A stretch of DNA of 63,411 nt, the filler included, from Sluysia triapertura (Eukaryota): the NCBI GenBank assembly GCA_046118255.1. It is 5 parts of 5 records of this genome, joined end to end, with 100 filler letters (N's around TTAATTAATTAA, not from the genome) between each part and the next. Parts side by side here need not be neighbours in the genome. Positions count along the whole stretch, not along the records: positions 1 to 12,352 come from JBJNIA010116862.1; positions 12,453 to 25,794 come from JBJNIA010045570.1; 3 more parts are not named here. One strand, given 5' to 3'. Positions within the stretch are counted from its first letter, which is position 1, and each line of letters opens with the position of its first letter. Positions 1 through 12,900 of the stretch are shown piece after piece. The translations under genes and the position numbers were made by a program. Under the pieces are notes generated by a model. The model had not been told where the DNA came from and did not search any database. It was given only the letters and a program-made list of their open reading frames with translations.

Positions 1-861
1 TCTTTAAAAATGATATTTTAGGTGTGATTTTGTAACTTCTCTAAAAGTTTAACAACTTATGTAACAATCTTACTAATTAATCTGTTGAATTGACAAATTG
101 ATATTGATTCCACCGTGATACCCCTCTAATCGTAGGTGCGGGGATCTCACTAATAATTAAATACCAAATGGAAATTTGTTGTGGAGCGAAATAGAGTATT
201 TGTTGCTGATGACGTTGTACCACTGTGATGTTTTGATACCAAATTAAAATGGCGATTGCAAATTGTTTTCGATGATGAACTGAATTTTTTACTCTTTGTT
301 GTTACTGTCTTTGTCGTCGTTGTTGTTGATTGATTGTGAATTAATGATGGCTGACTAGTCTTTATATAGGTATAAAGACATCTTTATTGTTTTGCTTTAA
401 TAAAACAAACTTCCTTCGAGAAGTTTCCTTTTTTATAATTTTTTAATTGTAATAATAATAATTATTTTAAATTTATTAATTTAATAATTTTTTTTACACT
501 AATTAATATTTTTATAATTTTCTTAAATTTAAAATTATTTTTAAAAACATAAAAATTTTTAAAAACTATTTACACTCTTACAAATATAAAAGACACTTAA
601 GTATTTATAGTAGTTTTGAAGTTTTACAATTATAACTAAACTAGTTAATACAGTAACGCCAATATACGTTGTAAGACGTTTACTGAAACCGGACTCTGCC
701 TTAGATTAAGTGTTAGAGAAATCACAGAATATGCAATTTTCAAATAAGTCGTATGAAAGAAAAAATTTTCTTATTATTTTATATTTTTTTAAAGTTAGTC
801 TCCTTATGGAGGTTTAAAATCAGACTTAAACTTTCACTAAAATAATCAATATATTTACTAA

Positions 862-1028
862 CCTTCCATCAACTAAAAGGTACAGATCCATTAGACCCAT
901 TCAAATAACAAAAAATTAAATAAAACAGATTTATTTAAAATCAAAGCATTTTTCATGTAACATAATACTAGAAAATAACTAGTGTAATTTATACTTGGGT
1001 CCATTAGACCCGACTGGTAGGAGGAAGG
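862..1028. mobile_element. Degenerate piggyBac-type MITE
   Basis: Ends CCTTCC...GGAAGG flanked by CTAA/TTGA (decayed TTAA); subterminal motif TCCATTAGACCC at ~887 and ~1000, the second within a GGGTC-N5-GACCC palindrome. Confidence 0.5.
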
Positions 1029-2769
1029 TTGAGATTTTAGGTCATCATAAATATGTCAGAGCTAAATCTATGAAACGAAACGAAAAATAATAATAATAAT
1101 TAGTAGTAATAGTAGCAATAAAATAATATTCCTTTTTGAGAGCATGGAGTCCATAATAATCAAGAAATAAAAATATTATTTTCAGGACATATATTCATAA
1201 TTAATAAAAGATGTTATAATTATGTTATTAACTCATTAATGCCACAAGTGAAAAAGAGACAAAATTGTAATATTGAAAAATTAGTTTAAAAAATAAGCAG
1301 GTATATACTTGCTACGGGTCTTATAATATCATCATAGTCGAGTTGATCGTAATTTATCAATTTGGTTATCTGCTACGATACCCGCATCATTCAATTTTAT
1401 CAAATACTAATAGCGGTAACGAAATTTACGTTGTTTAACTTTATTAATTTTGGTCGCTGATTGTAGTCTTTTATTTACGGTTTGGTTATTGGTTACGATA
1501 CCGTTCAAAGCACATAAATGGAGTTTGTATGCGGATTATTTTATAATTTTTTGGGAGCTTATTTCTGTAAGTTTTACTCAATTACCCAAAGTCACTTACA
1601 ATTTTACAACAATAAGTTAAAAGAGGAAACTAATATTCTGTCGACAGACGTTGTTTGACGCGTGTGTGACGCCAACCAGATACATATTTTTCTAACCAAA
1701 GCAAATTTAAGTTCATAAATGTAATATTACGTTTTTTCATTATTTTGTAATAATGTATGCTGCACGTTAAATTTAATATTATAAAGTTATAAGTTGAAAA
1801 TCGCAATAAATTATTAAAATGTTTTTATTAATTATTAAAGTTGTCATGAATCGGTTGAACATGAAATCACAGGTGTCATGTAAAGTAGCATCAGGACATA
1901 CTTGAACTTTTCATAAGCAAACTACAATCTCAGGTGCGACAAACATTTCACTTGATACATCTATTCCTAACTGATCTACAAATAATAAATGCTCACACCA
2001 CCCTGCAGCATCCGGAACTTTTATTTTGTAACAAAATTTAATATTTCCCAAAACATTTGTCATGTTATAATTTGAATATCAACTTAATTACTTATTTATA
2101 TTATTAGTTTATATACATTGATTAGCTTTAACATTATAGTCATTATTTTTTTAAATTTTACTAAACTATAGACGTAAGTATGTACCCTATTTATATTTCC
2201 CATACAAGACACAAACAATGTTTACATTAAAGTACATTGTATTTTCTACTTCACAATTCTTCATGAACATATTTCACTATTTTCATTTTCAAACTTAATC
2301 GAATTAAAGTAAATTATCTAAATATTTCAATAAAGACTACGTACTCTAAACAAGTACCTATGATAATTCCGCAAAGCCATTTCTATATTACATTAGCTTC
2401 AGCGTAACTACAGGGTACACAGTTTTGTTATTCGATCTACCAGCGTCGAGCGCTAATTTTTGTTACGAGCACAAAAACAATTCCCTAAAACTGAAACGAA
2501 GCAAAAAGATGATGATTTGAATGTTTTTTACAATATATAAATATTTGATGTATGGAACAAGCTCGTTAGAGCTGTATTGCATCATATCTTTAGTTGAACA
2601 GACTAGCTCGATGCTACTGTTTGAAAATGTTTATTGTTACAAGTGGATTAGCCAAAAATAAAAGAATTACTTAATTTTAATGCTATAAAGATGACAAGTA
2701 AACAAAACAAGTAAAATAAACAAAAACCTTTAATGGAATTTTTCCTACCAAAAATAAATAAACACAACT

Positions 2770-3657
2770 TTATTTCGTAGTATTAAACTGGAATAAATCA
2801 AGATGTCTTAAAACAATCTGCTTATCAAAACTTATCGGTAGATGACGTTTCTCATTTCGACTATCATCAAGTATTAATTTTTCATTTTCAGGTATAAAAA
2901 ATTCCAAAGTTTCATCAATCTTATTAATAAGATTTTTTATAATATCATCAGCTTCTTCATTAATTTGCAACCATTTTTGAGATTCCTTTAATCCACATAA
3001 ATAAGCAATTGCTTCTAACTCATTTAATTTACGTTTTTCTTCTAATTGTTTAAAAACTGAGACTGCCTTTACTTCAGAAACCGGAAAATTTGAATTTCCA
3101 TTTGCATACCGTATTTTGTCGTATTTCTGTTCATCGGCAATCCACTTATATTCAGCATAATTTTCCAATTCATTTTTTCGACAAATTCCTTTCAATTTTG
3201 CTAAAATTGATGAACTTCGTTGATTCATCTTTATTAAATTTCCTGGGCTGATTGGTTGAATTTGAGAAGAATAAATTACATCAATTTCTTTAATAGACAC
3301 TGGAAAGTTCAACATTATATCGTCTTTTGTAAAATTAGATTCGGTTATCAAATAAGCTATTTGTTCTAAGCACTGTCGAGTAATAATTGATATAAACTTA
3401 TCATTCCTAATTACATATATTTTACGATATAAATTTCATTACTTTGTAATAGATATAACTTTTTTCAACTTTTTATCATCATCATCGATATTTCTAAAAG
3501 CCTTAATCGGTTGTTTTAATTTTTTTTCCAAAGGTTCTGGAGTTAGTTGATCATCCAAGTCACTATTTATTATTGGAAAAGTTTTAGTAAATTTTTTAAA
3601 ATGTCGTAAGAAATTTTTAGAAGTGCATCTTACACTTCGCAGTGAATTATTTATCAT
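2770..3657 (-). CDS. Two-exon gene (exons 3657-3443 and 3406-2770, ~283 aa), unknown protein with a probable mitochondrial presequence
   Basis: A 36-nt GT..AG intron (3407-3442) joins the 72-aa and 193-aa ORFs in frame (ITK|NDKFISII...); N-terminus is R/K/S-rich and acid-free (MINNSLRSVRCTSKNFLRHFKKFTK). Confidence 0.75.
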
Positions 3658-4559
3658 TGAACTTAAATTATAAATGCATTTTTTTATATTAAAAAACGCA
3701 AATTAAAAAAATAGTTAACGTCTCATAATTTTAAAGATAATAAAACTACATTTATTATTATTATTGAATTTGTTGCATATAGTTCATAAATGAAACCTTT
3801 AAATATATAAACAATTTTTATATAAAAATCATATATATATATATAATTTAATAATTATTATTAAACTAAATAAATATCGTAAAATGCAATAATAATAATA
3901 AGGCTATGCCACTTATTCGGATTAGGTTGAATTACTAGAACTTAATGACGAAGTCATCTGCCAGGCCAAGATCCGAAATTAAAATATTAATGAAAATTAA
4001 TTTATAAACAAAATTTAAATTACTAATAACAGTCCTAGATATAAAACTACAGTAGGTTATGTAACGTGACAAGAATGTTGTGCTTTAAAACAAATTAATT
4101 AAATCTTTAAAAACTTTAATTTAAAACCTCAATAAGTCAAAATATGACTTAACTTCAATTACATTCTATTTGTTGCAATTAATTACACTATTAATTGTCA
4201 AAATAAATTCAATTATCATGAATAAAGTTATATCTCAAATAAACGTAATCAAAATTTAAAATAACCAAATAATCACAAATCATAATCAACTTTATGTGAC
4301 ACTAACAATAAAATTATCCATAACTAATGGTGATGCAATCAAAACTGTAATTAAATCAGTTTAAATGAAGAAATAATAAACCGTTATCATCCAATAACAT
4401 AACTCAAATTTAATGCATAACTGTCAGCTCAATGATGTTGGACGAAATTATGCCTTTTTCATAGACTATCTAAAAATATTTCACCTAAACGATAATTCCT
4501 GTCAAAGTATGAAACATAAAATTCTACATAATGATGGAATGTAGGCCTAAGATGCCATT

Positions 4560-5440
4560 TTGTTTGGTTGACTAATAATCTAACAATTGTTAGACGGGGA
4601 TTATAGCTCACTGCCGCACAATCTGATATGGTGCATACTCTCAAGTAAGGGACTCCAACAGAAAACCCTGATGCACCGATTTTACACACACTGGCACATC
4701 GGGAAGTTATACGGATAGCCAACAGCCGGATGTGTGGATCTGACTCAAGCTCTCGCATGGTTCAATGGAAGTCCTACGGATCAGCGCACTAAGCTGCAAA
4801 CCTGAGGGTCGAAAATCCATCAAGAACTTGGAACGCAGGTACCAGATCATTGCTTCATTCATCTGCTCTGACAACTACAATGTCCAACTATCCCTGAGGC
4901 CGGACACACTTGGCGACAACCCAGTCATCATTAGCCACTACCACAAGAACAAATAACAAATACATACACGGGCTCATCAGCACTTGCAATACCAATATCT
5001 GGAAGTCTCGCAAGTGCCAGGCTATTTGTTGACACTCTTATGCAGTACCCAGTCTGTCACTTGAACTGGAAAATAATGCATTAATCAAGGCTCGGAACAA
5101 CATCGTTGGTCTTAATTGCAGTCCACAGAACATAGCCTGCATCTGCCAGTATTATATCATTGGTGTGGCTTCAATACTGAATCCCTTCTAAACGTGCTGT
5201 CTATGTCCTCACACAAGCACAGCCAGAACAGTTATGCACAACAAAATCCTTAAGTACCTAGTTGACAAAATGACCCAGAAGGGATTCTCAGTCATCATGG
5301 ATTCGCCTAAGCCAATAATTAGTGACCCTCGACGAGCTGACTTACAGGCCGCGGTACTTCCTTATCAAAACTGTTTTTGATTGATGTCAAAACTTTCATG
5401 GACCTGACGAAAAACTTCGAGATAGCCCGAACCACTAGTA
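4560..5440 (+). mobile_element. Decayed 3' part of a non-LTR retrotransposon with restriction-enzyme-like endonuclease (R2/NeSL-like)
   Basis: Locally GC-rich; translation across frameshifts gives NALIKARNN, decayed zinc knuckle YHWCGFNTESLLNVLS-CPHT, ARTVMHNKILKYL (RHN-like), RRADL (KPDL-like) and LIDVK. Confidence 0.75.
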
Positions 5441-7179
5441 TTGCGATAAAATTTTTGAGCTACACAAAAATTTTTTTATTAGTTAACACACATACAAGTA
5501 TGAATCAGTACTAGTTTTAGCTTGAAATAATTATGGCATTTTGTACCAAAATAAATATTTTTTAGTAAGAAGCACTTAGTAATCATTTAAATCTAATTGG
5601 TAATAATTTTTCACTTAAAAGATCCTTCATAACACCTTATATAAATGTGCTTACAAATATAAAAATATACAAGATTGAATGTATTTTAATAAAAAAATAA
5701 ACACAAAACCATTTATGCATTAATTCTTAAATAAGAAATATCTATCATATAATTTTAAAAACGCATCCTTCAAATTATTAATTGTGTATTTACAAATCAA
5801 TCCCATAATCGAATTCATTATTACAAAATCATGTGAAGATCTTTGAAATTTTTATATTTTAGTAACAAACTATATTTAATATTACAACTCATTCTAATTA
5901 TTATTTTTTAAAATGAGAAATCATTTATTACTAAAATTATATATCCATTCATAAATAGAAATAACTAAGACCAACTATTAAATTAAATATTCATAATTTA
6001 TAAAATCAAATTACTAAAAATAATTTACGAAATAATTAATCTTAGTCACAAATTAACCTTTTGTAGGATATTTATTAAAAAAATAGCAAGTAAATAAATA
6101 GATAATAAATGTAATTTATTAACAATGTAATTTTCACGTTATTTGAAATGTTTTATTTAAATAATTTTAAAAAATGATTAAAAAACTTGCAAAATATAAG
6201 TAAAATTCATATTTACATTTAATATCAAACTTTTAACACATAATCAATAATTTAGTTTATTTGACCTAGAAAAAATGTTGCTAATACAAAGAAACCAATA
6301 CTACAGCAAAAATACTCAAACTAATAAGTGTGAGGTTTAAAACTCGAACAACATTGAAACAAAAATAAATTGAAGTATTTTTTCGATTTTATAAAGCAAG
6401 CATTATTTATTAGATTTTATTGTAAAAATCAAAAATGATAGATATTTTACTGTTACGAATTTTGCAGTAAAGTTGATAAAAATAAATTTGTATACAAAAT
6501 CACATTCAATAGAATGTCAAATAATCCATTTTGGCGAAACTATCTTTTTTGTTAAATAAAAATGATTCGCTCTTTTTATATGATAAATTATTCTTAAAAT
6601 TATAATTAGTTGGAATGACTTTTGTATGTAAATAGAATGTGCTAAAAAGTTGTTATGATCAAAAGATTTATTATTATTAATTTAATTCCTTGAAACCTTC
6701 GACATCAATTAAATAAACATTTTTAATTCGTCTATATAAATTTTATCAGTAGAAATAATAATTAATTATTACAAAGTTATCATTTGCAAAAAGAATATAA
6801 AATATCAGGTCAAGCAAACTATGAGATTCAAATAAAATTGCGCGACTAAAATATACATTACAAAACGATTGTACTATAAGTGTTTTCGCTGCAAAACTTA
6901 ATTTTTAAAGTATACATTATTATCATAAATGTTATACTATCTTTCACTTTAAACAATCTGTTCGAAATATGAACATAAACATAGATAAGACATTAATATA
7001 AACATAAATGAAAAAATAATCGAAAATTTAATAGAGTTTACAATCTTTACATATTACGTGAAATATGATTTTACAATTCAAAATACATAAAACTGTTCCA
7101 ATATTAGACATAATTGATGTTTAGTAAAACAACAAAATGAAGATCATAAGTTTTAAAAAACGCAAGTGATATGAAGAGT

Positions 7180-7712
7180 TTCGTGCCACTTTTGTTTAAA
7201 TTGGAATGGTTATTATGAATGTTATCGTTTAGATTCAAATTGATTTGATGAATTCTGAGTTCAGTTGGAAAAGATTCAAGAAGTATGGACCGGGAATTTG
7301 CTGTGAATTAATTGCGTACACAAATATGATCCAGATGACCTGAAGGTGTCGTCATGACGACTGATAACTGACTAGACCTCGGATTTCTGTCGGCACATAC
7401 AACTTCAAATAGCATCGTTTTCCTCTAATAAAAGTATTTTTCTTACTACTCGAAGCACTTTTTCGATCCCCGGCTTTAGATAAGCATCCAGAACCGGGTT
7501 GTGCTTCACCGATCAGCGGTACGGTTCGACATCAATTGGTGTTCGTCTTTAATTGGCAGTGAATTCAATGCATGAACTGTAACAGGAAATGGTGAACCTT
7601 TAATGTGTCGCTTGTTGAATTTGAATATGCATGTGTACAATCCGGGCTCACTGACGCGATATGAAACAGAAAGGATATTTTTCTTCAAAACAAGATTGAG
7701 ACAATTTTTCAC
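7180..7712 (-). pseudogene. Filamin-type Ig repeat fragment (about two repeats, frameshifted)
   Basis: YRVSEPGLYTCIFKFNKRHIKGSPFPVTV matches the filamin repeat consensus; second repeat LSVVMTTPSGH...FPTELRIHQINL is reached only through frameshifts. Confidence 0.7.
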
Positions 7713-7786
7713 AATTGCTAATATATTTATTAATATCTAAAAGTTTCAAGCTTTCCAGTGGTATATAACTCCATATTGATTACAAA

Positions 7787-8157
7787 TGTTGTGTTGTATA
7801 AAAAAATTGAAACAAATAGAGATAGATTGATAATAAAGATAAAAAAGAAATAATAATGATGATAACAATTATGTGGTTATTATATTTATTAATACAGAAT
7901 TGTTGAAATTTATTATAAAATTTTATCATGAAAATTATTATAAAAGTTATTATTTGATATTTATATTATACAACAATAATGATCATAATTGTTACACATA
8001 TTTTAATATGATATGAATCTTAATAACAATAACGATAGTTCATGATAGTTAGATGTGATGGTCGTGTTTAATTTTAAATGAGTTTAGTAGTTTGTTTAAT
8101 AGTTTGTGTATATGTGGGGTATTTATGTGATGGATTTTATATGATGAATTCACTACA
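7787..8157 (-). repeat. LTR-like repeat, copy A (TGTAG...ACA)
   Basis: Reverse complement aligns by eye with 10774-11163 (e.g. ATTAAACAAACTACTAAACTCATT, TATCATGAACTAT); TG...CA termini. Confidence 0.6.
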
Positions 8158-8340
8158 ACTTTATTTCAGCAATTAATATCCACTTACGAATTATATAAAG
8201 TTATTGGATTAATATGAAAATTATTTAGCAAATTCACTTGGACTAGTTTTATAAAAAAATTTTGTAATCTCTTCTATTAGACGTATTAACAAAATTAACT
8301 AAGCTTGAATTTTCAATTCGCTTTCTGACTCATTCGTTTG

Positions 8341-8520
8341 CTCATTTAAGATGGAAGGCTTTAATATGTCTTAAAAAGCTAATTTTTTTGGCACTTGCAA
8401 TATTCGTATTTCTATCTAAACAACCATTTAATTGACACCCTTTTTCTCCTTAATAACAAAATGTTTTAAGAGTTCTTTTTTATCATTTCCATCTTCGAAA
8501 TCAAATAATGAAATACTGAA
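8341..8520 (-). pseudogene. BED zinc-finger-like remnant (hAT transposase N-terminus or ZBED-like)
   Basis: LLKHFVIKEKKG / CQLNGC...KKISFLRHIKAFH (one frameshift) fits the BED pattern HF...C..C...S.L.RH...H. Confidence 0.4.
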
Positions 8521-10379
8521 AGTATTCTTTTGAATTCTTTGAAGTTTCACTTTTACTATCATGAATTGTTAAAGTAACAAGATCATCTTTCATTTTTGGG
8601 CAATCTTTTAAAAAAATAGTGAATAAAATTTTCGTGCAACAATTTAAAATTCCATAACCTAAATGACAAGATGTGTTCTCAAAATTTATGTCAATAATTT
8701 ATTTAAATTCTGGATTCATTTCACCAATTATAATTAAATCCGTAAAATACTTTGTTAACATTTACAATCAAATTCAAAAAATTTTCTATTTAATATTTTT
8801 TGAAATTTTCTATTAAAAACATTAAAATCATTAAATTCCTTAAAAGAAAATTATTTTCCAAAAATAAAATACTAATTTATAAAAAAGGAATTGAAAATTC
8901 TAGAACGTTCTAGAATTTTTGAGAAATTCCCTGTATTTTGTTTGGCTGATGACTGGTATGCATACTGACATTAGTCTCACCTTTATTTCATTATTTTTAA
9001 AAATTATGTTTATTTGGACAAAGCGCATAGGCACTATCTTGTTTTAGTAATTATTATTATAATGCTAAGTGGTGGATTTTAACTAACCGTTGCAGCTATT
9101 CAATCAAAATATTTCAATAGTTTTCATCAAATTAGTAAGTTATTATTGTAAAGCAGTTTCGATCATCGTGATCAAAATAATAAAATATTAGGCAAAATCA
9201 TGTTTAATTCATTTTTACCTCAATTTAATAAAAGGAAATATATATATTTTTTTACATCTTTATTCTTTTACTACATTTGATATTTGAACATAATTTTATT
9301 TAATAAATTTTCGAGTGTTATTTGTTGAATTGTGATTGACTTAATTTGTAGAACAGATTAGACAGATATTAAGACTCTCTAACTATTACATAGTAAGTAT
9401 ACTTCTTAGAACACAACGTTTTTAGGTATTGTGTATTTGTAGTTCTTTCCCGTTGGTTGTATTTTTTATAACTGTTGTGGAATTATGTATTAGTAATGCT
9501 GTTAGTTTGTGCGATTGTTTGCAGTTGTGAAGAATGGTGTTTTTTTATATTGTTCTTAATGTTGAGGTTGTGGTTAATATAGGTCATAATAAATGATAGG
9601 TGGTGAATTTATTTTTAGTGATTGTTGTGTTTAGAATGTGTGAAGTGTTGTCTTTGTTGGTTGAAGTTTTGTCGTCTTCTGTTAGGTATTTGTTTTGTAG
9701 AAATTTGTTTAGTTTTATATTATTTGTTGTTTAGAAGACAAGACTATTTTTGGTTTCATTTATGTTATTATCATAGTTTATTTATATTTCATTGATTATT
9801 ATCTTTGTCACTCTTTTTTATATTATTTGTAAAGTCTAATTTGCCTTTGATCTATATTTTATTTTAAAAAAGTTATTATTATTATTATTATCGTTAAATG
9901 TTCTATATTATTTTCATTATCATAGTTATCATTATTGACACCATTAACACCAAAAAATAAAGATTAGTTTAAATATAAATGTATAATTTTTACTCTGACA
10001 CCACTTAGTGCATTATATTTTATATTTAATAACAATGGTAAGTTTTGAGGGTGTATTTTATGATATGCAGTCATTAAGATTAAACATTGTTACAATAAGA
10101 AAACATTTTCAAATACTGCTTAAGGCACTTTAAAAGTATCCTTTTAACTTTGTTACCGTAATGGGACTAAAACAGTGCTTAAAATTATGTATTTAAAATT
10201 ATCTGTAAAGTTATTATTATTAAAAAAAGAAATAACAAGAGACTTTGTTATTTATTGTTATAAATTCGCTTAGATAATTATCTAAAATAAATTTAGGATC
10301 GTTACATTTATATTTTTTTCAAAAGCATAGACAAAAACGTATATATAACATTGTCAAAAACAATTTTAAAACCTTTTGA

Positions 10380-10680
10380 CGTATGTTTGTGATTATACCT
10401 TTATCAGTCAATCTTTTAGAGTACGTATCATATTTAAAACACGTTACTTGAGGATCAGCAATTATCATAGACTTTAACTGAATTCTTCCATCTCTAACAT
10501 CGACGATACACACACAGTGACTTTTTAATTTAAGAGGAATGCATTCTGTTAATTCAGCAAGAGACGGAGTTATTATTCTTAGTGAAGCAATACTTTAATC
10601 TCTCACTAATTCGGTTCAAAATAAGAAACTGTACAGTGCAAAACGTGCACGATATGGATCTGAGAAATGTTTTGAATTAA
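10380..10680 (-). pseudogene. DPH1: Decayed fragment of diphthamide biosynthesis protein 1
   Basis: ELTECIPLKLKSHCVCIVDVRDGRIQLKSMIIADPQVTCFKYDTYSKRL resembles DPH1 EILGCTSP...YLGDGRFHLESVMIANP...YRYDPYSK; upstream TVQF lies in another frame; key residues mutated. Confidence 0.7.
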
Positions 10681-10773
10681 ATTCAATTTCTAAAATTATA
10701 TATCATTTTATTGTTAGAATCATGAATTAAACATGCGCGACTGTAAGAGACCAAAAAAATCATGCACTGTAAC

Positions 10774-11163
10774 TGTAGGAAAATCACAGAAAATTCATCA
10801 CACTTCATCACATAAAAACATCACTTACTTACACGGATCATTAAACAAACTACTAAACTCATTCAGAAAACAAACATAACCATTGTACATAATTATCATG
10901 AACTATAGCTATTGTTATTATAATTCCAGTCGTATTAAACTATATATAATAATTATTGTCATTATTGTTTTATAATATGATTATCATATAATAACTTTTA
11001 TAATAACATTCATATTAACATCATCAACATCATTATTCTAAATTATATAATAATTACGTTGTTGTTATCATTATTATCTCTTTTATCCTTATTATCAATC
11101 TTTTTATTTTTTTCTTTTTCCCAATTTATATATTTGTGTATGTGTTAATCTACAAACTATGCA
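10774..11163 (+). repeat. LTR-like repeat, copy B, followed by PBS-like TTTGGTATC
   Basis: Homologous to 7787-8157 in opposite orientation; begins TGTAG, ends CA, then TTTGGTATCGG. Confidence 0.55.
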
Positions 11164-11340
11164 TTTGGTATCGGTTATAAAATTTGTTTTTTTAATTGAA
11201 CCATCTTATAGAAAGTCAATTATTCGAATATTACGGTCTCAAAAGATATACGTCGATACTTTCTATGGAGAATATTACTTTATAAATTACTGAGAAACAA
11301 GATCTGAAAGCAAATTTATTAATATACTTTAAACGAAAGA

Positions 11341-11939
11341 TTGTTTCCCTTTCCTTTAGATAAGAAACTGTTGACAGGTCAAAACCTGATAAAAATAATC
11401 CCAACAACGACAAAGATGAAATACTTTATAAGAGATAAATCATGTGGTAAAGTTTATTTATGTATTGTTATAATTGATCACGAACAAGACAAATTATATC
11501 TTAAAAATTATATATTCTGTGTTACAAGTGGTTCCGGAAAAGATAAAACATGTTCCATGGATTATTTATGTGCCGTTACAAAAAAGAAATATTTTATTTG
11601 CCTATTCAACTTTTGGATTGCATATATTTTTGCATGTATTGTTACTTTTATGTTTACCTGCAATAGAGTAATGAATTTCTATTGTATTTTTATTAAAAGT
11701 TTATGGTTTAAACGCGATAAGCTTATTCATTTATGAATAATTCAACTGTTGAGTACAATAAGCGACGAGAAGATCATTTTCGCACTCAATTTGCTATTAA
11801 ATGTTCATGGCTTTTTCTGTCAATTGATAGTATATGTTTCGTAATTGGTATTATTTTATTTGGATTAGTTTTACAATATATACGTGATTTTAATTATGAT
11901 ATTATTAGTTGTAATGATAGTAATAGTAGTGATGAATAA
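11341..11939 (+). pseudogene. Frameshifted membrane-protein fragment, possibly a Cys-loop ligand-gated ion channel
   Basis: PWIIYVPLQKRNILFAY...LLLCLP resembles pre-M1/M1; WLFLSIDSICFVIGIILF resembles M4; FPFPLD resembles the Cys-loop FPFD; segments are in different frames. Confidence 0.3.
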
Positions 11940-12056
11940 TATGATGATGATAAATAGATCAAATATGCTTCATTTAATTTATAATTAATACTAATTAGAA
12001 ATATAATCAATAATGCAAGAAAAGTGTAAGAATAGAGAATAAAACTTAAAGCTAGT

Positions 12057-12107
12057 GAGTTCACCAACGTATTGGACTTACAAACTGAATGGCCAACCGT
12101 TGGATTT
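12057..12107 (+). repeat. Short hairpin repeat family, copy 1
   Basis: GAGTTCACCAACGTATTGGACTTAC...GGCCAACCGTTGGATTT, near-identical to 15263-15311; CCAACG/CGTTGG stem. Confidence 0.7.
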
Positions 12108-12352
12108 TTCTAAGCGTAAAATGGAGGTCTAAAAGATTAATCGAATATTGAAGCTGGGATTCAGTAAGGATTTCTTAGCAAAAATGTTATTCAAAAATTA
12201 ATGATCAAATTTAACAATAAAATATCAATTTAAATAATTAATAATATCAGTGATAATTTAGGGGCAATGAATTTTATATTTGATTTTAATGATATTTTAA
12301 AAACCTATAATGTTTTTTGATTTTACTTTGGTTTGATTATACAAACCGTTAA

Positions 12353-12452
12353 NNNNNNNNNNNNNNNNNNNNNNNNNNNNNNNNNNNNNNNNNNNNTTAA
12401 TTAATTAANNNNNNNNNNNNNNNNNNNNNNNNNNNNNNNNNNNNNNNNNNNN
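12353..12452. other. Artificial contig-joining spacer (44 N + TTAATTAATTAA + 44 N)
   Basis: Identical 100-nt structure occurs four times; the palindromic 12-mer puts stop codons in all six frames. Confidence 0.97.

Positions 12453-12523
<71 letters not shown>
12453..12523. repeat. (ATT)n microsatellite at contig edge
   Basis: Perfect ATT run. Confidence 0.95.
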
Positions 12524-12574
12524 CAGTATCAAATCATTAAAATATAAAATTTTCATCTATTGACGATTAATCCG

Positions 12575-12757
12575 GTTACTGCCATCACCAGTGTTGACAG
12601 TCTATGTTACATTTCTCATTAGACTGTCAGCGCTGATGATAGTCAGTCATCGGTTAGGCTTCAAATTAATTAGTAATTAAAAATTCACCTATCTCATCCA
12701 ATAGAGACTAAATTCTGCATACGTCAATTTTTAAAAGTCTCCATTGGATGACCAATA
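12575..12757 (+). repeat. Twin-hairpin module, copy 1
   Basis: CATCACCAGTGTTGACAGTCTA / TAGACTGTCAGCGCTGATGAT and TCATCCAATAGAGACT / AGTCTCCATTGGATGA inverted repeats. Confidence 0.8.
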
Positions 12758-12900
12758 ACAACGCTAAAAACTAAAAATATTGTAATATCGTTCACAATTA
12801 AATTTTAGGAGTGAAATTTTTGTTCTTTTATATAATTAAATTTTATTAATTGAAAACGGTTGAATTTTAAAAGAAAAACATTATAACTTAGACCTTCTCC

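Noticed and set aside
9300-9900. Strong G/T strand-skewed tract as a coding or telomeric region
   Set aside because: No ORF or periodic repeat; most likely the reverse complement of a C/A-rich LTR-like tract
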